Shown: one piece after another, positions 32,483-44,428 of the stretch
How positions within the stretch are numbered: position 1 is the first letter of the stretch
Layout: the number at the start of each line of letters is the position of its first letter
NCBI GenBank assembly: GCA_002269645.1
Contig: NIVC01000446.1
Location: 124,001-188,000, forward strand
From: Macrostomum lignano
Lineage: Eukaryota
Direction: 5' to 3'
DNA: 64,000 nucleotides
The notes under the pieces: generated by a model
Database searches by the model: none
The model's input: the letters and a program-made list of their open reading frames with translations, nothing else
Told to the model about the DNA's origin: nothing
Position numbers and translations under genes: made by a program

Positions 32483-35400
32483 ACATTTTGTCACCCTGAA
32501 GCAAAATTATTGATTTCCTCCATAACGGACCTCAAGGTGCATTGGGGGAACAAAGAATTGGCATGCCCCCTTCCCCCCCCCCCCCAGGGAGACCATGTCC
32601 CCTGTCCCCTCTGGTGGCGACGCCCCTGTGTGCAAGGACTTGTATAGTGCTTGTACAGGCACGTAGTTGAGTGATATACACAATCGTACTCACTAATTTT
32701 GTATGTATGTGCATGTAATAAATTCAGCGCGCGAGCGCCTGCAAGTCAGCGATGATGAGACAGTCTGTTAGAGTGGCAGTGCGGGCCTGGCCGCGGCGCA
32801 ATTGCTCGGTCGGCCGGGACGTGCAGCATGGCGCAGGGCTAGATCGATCAGAGGGGGCGCACTTGCGACGCAGGGTCCGTAGGTTATAGTGGCCCAGCAG
32901 TATCTCTGACGACGGCGCCGGCGCAGGGTAGTGCTAACTCAGGGGCGGAATTTCCAGCGCGGGCCATATATCAGAGCGTTGGTAGGCAGGCGCTCCGGGT
33001 AGTGCACGCCCAGCGCGTAGCAAGCCCTCAGACTGCCTGCTGACTGCCCCTCCCGCTCGTTCTGCTTTACGCGTAAGGGGCCTCCCGCGCGGCCTCTGCG
33101 CGCGTGCTATAATATATATACAGTAAATTGCATTTCTCAAACGCAAGAGGCAAAAATATTTATAAATGTACGAGTACATGTATAATTAATAAAAGAATCT
33201 GAATGGTCTCGTCCAGCTAGTCATTCTGGGAGGAATTAAACCCAGAAATATTTTTCTCAGTCGGCGATACTTTCCCTACTTTGATGCTTTCTGGTACTGG
33301 GTATCGGTATAAATATTTAGTGAAAAAATGGACTACTTTGACTCGTTTTCTGCAGAGACTTGACAGAACCATTTTTAGGGGTCTTTAAAAGCTTTTTGCA
33401 GACTATATAGTGTTAGTACGTCACTTGATTTCCTTTCCTCTGCTAGTGGATTTGCGCACGCTGCAGATGGTAAGAAATGATTTCTGTCTATAATCGCACC
33501 AAAGCGCCATTTAGGCAATATGTTTAAATTTTGATTTGTCTTAGCTCTTAGGTCGATTTGAATCGGACATCTTGATCTTCTTTTGGTTAGCTTTCTTCAA
33601 GCATTAAACGACATCAATTAGTCAGTATAACACAATTTTTTGGCAGCAAATTAAATTTTTGTCTCGTTGAAAGTTCTTAAGTAAATGATTCCGCCTAATA
33701 ATGTCTTATCGACTAATCGACATTGTCGTTTTCAAACTTTTAGATGTATTTAGTCTATTCCATAGGCACAGAGTATCACACAGAATGCTAGCTCATTCAC
33801 ATTTAAAGACTATCTGGACATATTAAATCGCCATTACCCTACTCTTTTTGGGGTGGGGGTGAAGAAATGAAAGCAAATGCTAAATGTAATTGTCTTCATC
33901 TGGAATGAGGTCCTGGCCTAGCTAATGTTAGCATTATATAACCACTAAGTGTAACACATCACATTTAGATTAATGCATGTATATTTTTTGCATTGCAATT
34001 GCATTGCCATTAGACTAGGTCTAGTATAGCCTAGCCTAGGCGCTAGGCTTATGCAATGTAAATATTCTTTTGTTTGCTTTGCCTTGGCTTATCAAATATT
34101 GATTTTCAATTCTGATTCTATTTGTTTGTAAATATTTTGATTACTTTCTATATACTTTTGCTTCATTTGGTCTTTTTATTTTTCTATACAATTATAATTT
34201 ATAAGTCTTATTATATAATTATAATTTTAAAATATAGAATTATAGTAACACAATACAAAAAAGTAGGCCTCCTATTAATCTAGTACTTATCAAAAGAATA
34301 ATTTTATATTATTTTTTATTTCTAGGCCTATTAGGCCTAGTATTATTTATCTTTTATCTCTTATTTATAATAGAATATTTAAAGTCAATATGAGCTAACT
34401 AGGCCTATAGCCATAAGCCATAGTTTAGATGGCAACATGTCTACTAGGATTTCCTAGTGTTACAGGGGTTTTTCTTATTTACTGAAATCCTACTGGTTGT
34501 CACTAAATTTGTTGTAGAGGTTGAGGGAATTAACTTTATTTTATCAAATTATTGCAGGGGATTTTTGGGGATTTCTTGGGATTTGGAAAAAACACACAAA
34601 TTCTATTACTAATAGGAGTAAGCCTTAGGTTGCTCCTGGTGGCGTGGTGTATCCAAGCAGCAAGACACAGTTTTCTATTCAGTCCGGGAAAATATAAATG
34701 AGAGAGGTAAAGGCTTCGCAGTGTATTAGAGTTGCCTGGTGCGCTAATGGGGAATTCTAGTGGTTAATAGGGAATGCTGGTGGGGAGGCCAGTTTGCTTC
34801 ATTGGGAATTAAGTAGCGGAATCAAACATCTAATATTAAGGGACAATTAGTTGGGGCAGCAGTGACTTGGCAATTGCTATGCCTAGGGAAGAGTGGGAGG
34901 GCTCCTTGGGATTATTGCACATCTAAGGGGGGTTTGGGTGGGCTTAGATCGTTCTAGGGAACGTTCGCAGGGAGAAAGGGAAAGGAGTAGCTATGCATTT
35001 CTACTGTACGCTCCTCTAAGAAAAGGAAGGAAGGCTAACAAATACTAAGTTCTATTTTTAACACAACTGTTCATCTAATGCTCAAAAACAGGATAGGAGT
35101 ATTGGAGCTAAGTGGCAAACCAAGCAAACACAAGTTATCTCTTCTACCGTATATTTTCTTGCTTATAGGAAACTTTATAAAAATGGCGGATACATTATAA
35201 CTGTTACAGGCCTTTTGGCTCTCTATGAGAATCTCAACTGCTGACACCAAAGTTGTTCTAGGGCTTACTTCTGTCCTCCAATTATCCCACTGCTGTTACC
35301 AAAGTTGTAACAGGTGTTATTTCTTCTTGTTAATCGTACTGTTATTACTTGCCTTTTACTAGTAGCGCATGTACTTCTATTGGTAGTGTCTGTACTTTTA

Positions 35401-37115
35401 CTGGTAGCGTATGTACTTTTATTGTACTTTCTGGCCTGAGCGTCTTTTAGGCACTGTCTATCCTATTCCTATACTCCTCTAAAGGTATTATTCTCAGTCC
35501 TGGGCGTTCCCGGGATCAGAGGGTCACAGCGCACTTCGCTGGGTATTCTGCCCTGAGGCGGGTTTCTCAGACTCTAAGCCTGGATTTCTCTACCCTGTGG
35601 TAGGAATTCTGCCTTCTAAAGGTGGGTTATTAGACTCCTAAGTCTGGGATTTCTCGTTCTCTGAGAACGGACTGAACTCCCAATTTTGGGGCAACTCCTA
35701 ACTACTATCTACTACTTGAAATAAGTAACACGAGCAAATACAAGCTGATAGAATTTCTTCTCAAATGAGAGTATTAAAGTTGTTTAACGAGGAACAGGAA
35801 GTTAGCAAGTTGGTTTGCTAGGCTCTCAAATGGCCTCTATTTATAGTATAATTTTTCCTGTCATTTCAAACAAAAAGTAATATAAAGAATATAGAAAATA
35901 TACAAAGTATACAAAATATTCGTGTAGTAAAACAAAATAATAGCTTTTTTGAATTTATACCTTTCCTAAGAAATGTAAACTACTAAAAGAAGAAGGCCTA
36001 TTGCATAACAGTGTCAATTTTATAAAGATACGAACATAGTTATACAAATGATAGCATTTAATAATGAGTATTTGTATTTTAGGAAAACTTACTTCATGAC
36101 TAAATATTAATAAAAAGAAAACAGCATGTGTAATTTATGGAGGCGCAACTTAAGGCTACCACACTAGTATACAATAAGGGTCTTACCATTTCTTAGCAAA
36201 TATTAGGATATAGTATAGGGCCTATCCTAGGCCCCCTAGCATGCATGATACAGTAAATATATTGTGTCAAATGACAAATTTTCTATATTAGCACACAAAC
36301 CTAATGTACAAACAAGGTCTTGCCATTTTTTTCTAGCAATAAACCTGGTGTACATTAATACATAATCCAAACTATGGGCTTATAAATAATATATTATGAT
36401 GAACCTGTTATATTTTCAACAAATAGACTGGGAGATTCATAAACAAACTAGGAGGATTATGAATAAATCATTAGACAAAACAATAGCAAATAGATTGATA
36501 GAATAAAAAATCACCAAAAAGAAGATATAAATATGACTTCAATTCCGTGTAAGTGGAGTTTGAGCAAAAGTACAGAAGCATATATATTACTTCTAGGATA
36601 GGATTAGTTACAAACCACTTTGTTTTTATATGCCTTCTTGTTGAATGATTGTCATTAAGTTGATAATGGTTACTGCTAGACATGCTGCTAACAGTTCTAA
36701 AAATATATGCATAAATTTGTTCTTACAAATAATTAGCATATTAATTAAGTTAATCACACATTTTACATTTTAGCTACCTTATTTGCTAAAATATAACCCT
36801 TGCTTTGCTATTGACTATCATGAAAAAATAAGTAAATGAATTATTTTTACTATACAATAAAGTGAAAAATACATAAAAATAGAACAATAGTACTAGCTTT
36901 TACAAATAATCTAATTTAACTTCAAATATATATTACTTAATCACTTAAATATACATATACACTTAAGAGCACATTACATAGCTAAACATAACTTGGTTTA
37001 TCAAAGCTAAGTTCTTGCTTGGCAACAATAGGATAAATTTATGAAGACACTTAAATAGACTATTAATAATTTTACATGTTTGTAAAAATAGCTACTAAAG
37101 AGAAGATGTTATTAT

Positions 37116-39330
37116 TGATGTAACCACGCTCTGGTCGCGGGATAGGGCATGGGAACTTTTTCGAAAGTGCCTCCTATCCCGTGCACCCTCTGCACAGAGC
37201 TGTCGAGACTCGGCCAGGTCTCCGACCGGGCCTGGAGACTCCCGCTCTGCTGCACCCCTCCTGCTGCCTTGGTCCCATCTCTCCTGCCGCCACACCTGCC
37301 TTTCCGGAGCCCCTACCCCTTTCTGTACCTCCCCCTCTACCCTATCTCTTCTGTTCCCGCCCTATTCTTCCTGTACTTTCTCTACCTCCTCCCTTTTTTT
37401 GTCTCCCTCTGCACTCTTTTCCTGCGCTGTCCCCTCTTTCCCTGTGTCTACTTACAGTACTTTGTGTGCTCACCGTCTCCCCATCCCCTCTCAAACTCCC
37501 AAACGGTGACGCAAGTCGTGTGACCCCTTCTCCCCCTCGGTGACTCATCGATGACTCATCCCCCTCTCTTGCGCAACCTTTTCTCACGCTATTGTTCTCC
37601 TTCCCAAATTTCTCATGTGACACCCACCCCACCTCCGCTTCTATTGTTCTCGTTTTTGCTTCTTTTGTTCTCTCGACCCCCACCAATTATCACATTTTCT
37701 CCGGTTTTCTCTTTCTTTTGTTCTCGTTTTCGCACCTAATTATCACCTTTTCTCCAATGTTTACTTTTCCATTGTTCTCAGTTTTCCCCAATTATCCCCG
37801 ATTTCCAATTCCTTTGTTCTCGACCCCAGCCCTATTGTTCTCAATGTTTGCTTGCGCAACACTTTCGCGACCACCCGCTGCGCCAATTATCCCCCCACCC
37901 CACCTCCGGATTGCGCAATTTCCCGATTTCTCATGTTGCTATGCCGGTCTCATGCTTCTCATCATGACTCATTCTGACATCATTCTGCCGGCAGCCAATC
38001 AGAGAGAGGGAGCCATGGTAACGACCTTGAGGAGGCGGCTGTGAGGTCTATAAAAGGAAGCGATTTCGGCATGAGAATACTCAACTGAGTTTATCTCTGT
38101 TCCTCTCCTCGTCCTTCTTTGGACTTGCTGTCCGATTGAGTTCTGACCCATTCGTCTATAAGACGAATCCCTGCCGGCCCGCGGTCTGTTACCGCCAAGT
38201 TATCCTTAGCTCCCCAAGTGAGCTCGCCTATCGGCCAGCGGTCTGATACCGCCCGCATCATCAGCATCGCCTGATCTACATCAGCGCCTCGTCGCTCCAG
38301 CGCATCGCCGCTTCACCGTCTGCCTGACTGCAGCCTACAGCCGCCCTCGGTCACTCCGCCTCTCTCTCTCTCTGTGCAGCTGCCGGTAAGTTCCTACTAC
38401 TAATTTGTGCTCTAATTGCCTTTGCTTATCCGGGGTTTGCCTATTTTCCATTGTCTGATTAGAGAGCTGAGCCAATTGTGATACCGTATCTTTTGCTGTA
38501 TTTTACTCAATAGTGAAGCCGCCTAATTGCCTGCTTATTTGCCTAAGGGCCTAATTATTAACTATTAACTAACTTCATCATTATTCAATCTTTCACCATC
38601 ATTTAACTCATGGCTTGCTAAGCCTTTCTCCCGGGGTGGCAAAGCATAAGGAAGTTTGGGTAAGCTAATGGCCTCTCCCCGTGCAAAGCCCGCCTGTGAG
38701 GGCGTGCTGCGGGGCCGCGTGTGCGTGCAGTAGAGGGATTAGCGAGTCTTGGCACAGAATGGCAGTAGGAAGGTTGCACCCCATGCTAACGCGTCCCTTC
38801 GCCCTGAGCAATCTAAACTGTAGACAGTACATGTTCGCCTCATACTACTCTTAGTAATCAAAGTCGCAAGTCAGCCTCGCTCACAGCCACAAAGGATCCC
38901 CTGCTGAGAAATCCTCCAGGATTGAGCCCAGAGTTCCCGATCATGCCCCAAGCAGAGTCCCTGTACTCGGCTGCATGCGTCTCCCCTGTTAGCCTAAATC
39001 CCCTGGTAACCAATCCAGGCGGGGCTCTAGCCTCGAGAGGTCTGGTAGAAAGATCCAGGTGCGCCAGGTCACATAGAGTGGTGGCAGCCACTCGGTCATA
39101 CTATGACCGAGTGACCAACTATTGCACCTTGGCTACAGGTGGGGTCCATGTGGGTCCTTGGCCCTCTGGTCACGAAGCGCTACCAAAGCTACTAATCATG
39201 TGGGCGGGACAGTCTGGTGCTGGAGGTCCGTCAGGTCATTGCCCGGTCATAGGCAGCCTACGGTCATTGCCCCTCTAGTCATGCGTTCGTCTCTCTACGG
39301 AGCGGACAGGCGACAAGGGCGGTTACATCA
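37116..39330 (+). mobile_element. Solo LTR (probably Ty3/Gypsy-type)
   Basis: Begins TGATGTAACC and ends GGTTACATCA (10-bp inverted termini, TG..CA), flanked by a 4-bp TTAT direct repeat. GC-richer than its AT-rich flanks; no transposase or RT ORF. Confidence 0.75.
37995..38391 (+). promoter_or_regulatory. Pol II promoter-like module inside the solo LTR
   Basis: CCAAT at 37995, TATAAAAG at 38049, then a consensus donor G|GTAAGT at 38386. Confidence 0.5.
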
Positions 39331-40556
39331 TTATTTTTTATTTATTATTTTATTTATTGTATACAATATTCTTTTAAAACCATATTGCAGAAATTTCTGT
39401 GCAAAAATTATATTTTTAAAATCATATTTCTAGATTTATTTAAGATTTATTCAAAAGTAAAGAATATATTATGTTCAATATTAGTAAGGTATATGGATAA
39501 TTCCATGATAGTATCATACTTAAAAAGTTATAAGCTATAAGTTATATTAGCAGCATAAATAATAAGTAAAAAAGAATAACTCAAAATAGAGCATTGCTCA
39601 AAAATCTATTTCATGTTTTTAAGGATTTAGTTTCAGAGACTAATGTATAGAGTATATAAGTCAAAAAGAGTTAAAAGAAATATATAGGTCAGAAAAACAA
39701 CTAAAATTAGGTAGATTGCAAATAGAGGTAATTAATAAGCAAGAAATGGTCTTAGATAATATCAAGAATTAGAGTAAAAATGAGAAAAACATTTGAAATA
39801 GTGTAAAAAATGGTAGAAAATGACAGATAATGAGATAATGACAAATAGTAAAACCTAGAAAATAAAAAGAATGTTCTGAAACTCTTTACCCTAAGTATCA
39901 AATGACAATTACATTATTTTTGTTGTTTCTTTGTTAATTTATTTGAATAGAGATTAGCAAAATTGCAAATTTGACTTGTGATACTTAATTACTATAATAA
40001 ACAACACTTTCCTAAAACAGAAAAACATTGCTTTCTTGGGTTGGGCAAAAGGTCTAAGCAAGGGCAAGATTTGCCAAAATAAATGCAAAGGCGCCAGGCT
40101 GCTGAAAAGCTGGAATGAAGCTAGCCTGGGGAAGCTAGAGTGAAGTGCAAATTTGGCCTATCAACATATATAGCTATGACCCAATTCAGTGCCTCAGGTG
40201 TAGATGTTGAAACAACAGTCTAAGCAATAGGGGCCTGATCATTGGCTGGGCTCTGTCTAGGGTGCAGTGCTAAGTGGGGGTTGTCAGGGGTCACCACAGC
40301 ACTTCTCAGCTGCTTGGTAGTGTGGCAGGTTAGACATCATGCTTGGGCGCAACATTATGTGACCATGTAACCTTATGTGACCATCAGTGTGACCCTCCAA
40401 TGTGACCATAGAATAAACGGTCACTCATGTAATTATCAGTGTGAGCCTCCAATGTAACAGTTAAATAAACGGTCACTCAAAATCAGTCAGCTAATATGCT
40501 ACCCCATGTCACACTTCTGCTTGTGTCAAATCAATCAATCAATTCGTAACAAAGGC

Positions 40557-43500
40557 ATGGCTGAATGGCGTGGAAATTTTGGCATTGACTCAGATGAAGA
40601 GGCAAATCTAGATGAGGCTGGCAGAGGTGATGACGGGCCTGGCTCCAGGTCCCAGCCCAGTCGCGACGGCCTTATAGTTCTAATCGATTGTCGGGATTCA
40701 ATGCGTCAACAGGCAAACAGCGCCAATCAGACGCTAATTAAAATGTCATTCAAATGCGCTAAAACTGTGCTGAAACGCAAGGCGCTAGCATCCGACAGAG
40801 ATCTGGTAGCTGTAGTTCTGTTCGGCTGCGGCAAGTGTTCTAACCCGGATATGCGACACGTGCTGACCCTGCAGCCGCTGGAACAGCCGGGCGCTGACCG
40901 GATTAAACAGTTGGGCCACCTAGCTGAACTGGATGCGGCAGCATTAGAGACTGAGATTGGCAGATCGGCTCCTGAGGTTTGCAAATAATTTGTTGATTTT
41001 AAATTTTAAAATGGTTTTAGCGCTGCAGGCGAGATCTTAGCGCCACAAAGGTGTGATTTTAGATTTTAGATTTTAGGTGTCAAATGAGATTTTAGTGCCA
41101 TAGGTGAGATTTTAGTGCCAGAGGTGAGATTTTAGTGCCACAGGTGAGATTTTAGTGCCATAGGTGAGATTTTAGTGCCAGAGGTGAGATTTTAGTGCCA
41201 CAGGTGAGATTTTAGTGCCGCAGGTGAGATTTTAGTGCCACAGGTGAGATTTTAGTGCCGCAGGTAAGATTTTAGTGCCACAGGTGAGATTTTAGTGCCA
41301 CAGGTGAGATTTTAGTGCCACAGGTGAGATTTTTGTGCCGCAGGTTAGGTTTTAGTGCCACAGGTGAGATTTTAGTGCCACAGGTGAGATTTTAGTGCCA
41401 CAGGTGAGATTTTAGTGCCACAGGTGAGATTTTTGTGCCGCAGGTTAGGTTTTAGTGCCATAGGTAGATTTTTGTGCCGCAGGTGAGATTTTAGTGCCAT
41501 AGGTAGATTTTAGCGCCGCAAGTGAGATTTTAGTGCCGCAGGTGAAATTTTAGTGCCGCAGGTAAGATTTTAGTGCTGCAGGTGAGATTTTAGTGCCACA
41601 GGTGAGAGTTTAGTGTGCCGCAGGTGAGATTTTAGTGCCACAGGTGAGAGTTTAGTGTGCCGCAGGTGAGATTTTAGTGCCACAGGTGAGAGTTTAGCAG
41701 GTGAGATTTTAGTGCCATAGGTAGATTTTAGCGCCGCAAGTGAGATTTTAGTGCCGCAGGTGAAATTTTAGTGCCGCAGGTAAGATTTTAGTGCTGCAGG
41801 TGAGATTTTAGTGCCACAGGTGAGAATTTAGTGTGCCGCAGGTGAGATTTTAGTGCCACAGGTGAGAGTTTAGTGTGCCGCAGGTGAGATTTTAGTGCCA
41901 CAGGTGAGAGTTTAGCAGGTGAGATTTTAGTGCCGCAGATGAGCTATAAGTTTCCAGACCATATTCCAGGTGTCAATCTCGGATGCAATCTGGACCTGTC
42001 AGAGCATATTCAGCGCCTGCACTGTTAGACTAGGCTATCGCAGAATCTTCATGCTTACTAACGACGATAATCCTCACGATGGCGACCAGCACAAGCGTGC
42101 TCAGTTGAGAACTAAAATTCTGGACTTGCAGCAGACTGAAATTGAACTGCTGATTATACCGCTGCTACCGACTGCTTCAGGGGCCAATCTGTTCGACTGT
42201 AGGAGATTCTATTTTGATAACCTGCTGCCGGAGAATGAAAGGTATGAAATTATAATTGCGGTTATCGCCCTATCACCTAGCAATTCCCCATGAGAATCGC
42301 CCTATCACCTATGAGAATCGCCCCATCACCTATGAGAATCGCCCCATCACCTATGAGAATCGCCAATCACCTAGCAATTCCCCATGAGAATCGCCAATCA
42401 GCTAGCAATTCCCCATGAGAATCGCCAATCATCTAGCAGTTCCCCATGAGAATCGCCAATCACCTAGCAATTCCCTTTGAGAATCGCCAATCACCTAGCA
42501 GTTCCCCATGAGAATCGCCAATCACCTAGCAATTCCCTTTGAGAATCGCTAATCACCTAGCAATTCCCTTTGAGAATCGCCAATCACCTAGCAATTCCCT
42601 TTGAGAATCGCCAATCACCTAGCAATTCCCTTTGAGAATCGCCAATCACCTAGCAATTCCCTTTGAGAATCGCCAATCACCTAGCAATTCCCTTTGAGAA
42701 TCGCCAATCACCTAGCAATTCCCTTTGAGAATCGCCAATCACCTAGCAATTCCCTTTGAGAATCGCCAATCACCTAGCAATTCCCTTTGAAAATCGTCCC
42801 CTCACCTAGAAATTCCCTTTGAGAATCGCCAATCACCTAGCAATTCCCTTTGAAAATCGTCCCCTCACCTAGCAATTCCCTTTGAGAATCGCCAATCACC
42901 TAGCAATTCCCTTTCAGAATCGCCAATCACCTAGCAATTCCCTTTGAGAATCGCCAATCACCTAGCAATTCCCCATGAGAATCGCCCTATCACCTATGAG
43001 AATCGCCCCATCACCTATGAGAATCGCCCCATCACCTATGAGAATCGCCAATCACCTAGCAATTCCCTTTGAGAATCGCCAATCACCTAGCAATTCCCTT
43101 TCAGAATCGCCAATCACCTAGCAATTCCCTTTGAGAATCGCCAATCACCTAGCAATTCCCTTTGAGAATCGCCAATCACCTAGCAATTCCCTTTGAGAAT
43201 CGCCAATCACCTAGCAATTCCCTTTGAGAATCGCCAATCACCTAGCAATTCCCTTTCAGAATCGCCAATCACCTAGCAATTCCCTTTGAGAATCGCTAAT
43301 CACCTAGCAATTCCCTTTGAGAATCGTCCCCTCACCTAGCAATCATACCCGTTATGCTCTCAAAAATACCCTCCCCCCGCCGAACCCTCCCGACAGACCA
43401 GAACAGGGCAGCGACCTACTCGCCGAACTGCTGCAAAATGTCGACAGCAAAGCCGCCATTCGTCGAGCTCAGGTTCGTCTGAGCATTCGCCTGGGCCCTG

Positions 43501-43922
43501 GCATGTCCTTGCCAGTCTCTGTGTACAATCTGACTCGCCGGTGCACAGTGCCAACCGCCGAGCGGCTGCACCGAGCCACTAACGAGCGGGTGAAGCGGAC
43601 TACTAGGAAGTTCCTGACGGACACAGCTGAGGTGCTGATGCCGACCGATCTGAAGAAGGCCGCCGTGGTTAATGGTGAGCGATAGGTCTGCCTCTTCCTG
43701 TCTGTCTGTCTCTTCCTGTCTGTCTGTCTCTTCCTGTCTGTCTGTCTCTTCCTGTCTGTCTGTCTCTTCCTGTCTGTCTGTCTCTTCCTGTCTGTCTGTC
43801 TCTTCCTGTCTGTCTGTCTCTTCCTGTCTGTCTGTGTCTGTCTCTTCCTGTCTGTCTGTCTGTCTTTTTGTCTGTCTATCTATCCATCCATCTATCTGTC
43901 TATCTTTCTATCTATCTATCTG

Positions 43923-43989
<67 letters not shown>

Positions 43990-43990
43990 G

Positions 43991-44045
<55 letters not shown>

Positions 44046-44046
44046 G

Positions 44047-44081
<35 letters not shown>

Positions 44082-44107
44082 GTCTATCTATCTATCTATC
44101 TGTCTAA

Positions 44108-44173
<66 letters not shown>

Positions 44174-44226
44174 GTCTATCTATCTATCTATCTATCTATC
44201 TGTCTGTCTATCTATCTATCTATCTG

Positions 44227-44276
<50 letters not shown>

Positions 44277-44285
44277 CATCTATCC

Positions 44286-44316
<31 letters not shown>

Positions 44317-44378
44317 CATCTATCCATCTATCCATCTATCTATCTATCTATCCATCTATCTATCTATCTATCTGTCTG

Positions 44379-44428
<50 letters not shown>

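Noticed and set aside
32752-32909. C/D snoRNA (ATGATGA..CTGA) or RNase P-like motifs (GGCAGTCTGAG / CAGACT on the - strand)
   Set aside because: No canonical terminal stem or recognisable guide; the pairing is nested rather than the P4 pseudoknot and the spacing does not fit RNase P.
35300-35750. Stop-riddled ORF-like stretch suggesting C>T hypermutation
   Set aside because: No recognisable protein similarity; better explained as old degenerate 21-bp and ~58-bp duplications.
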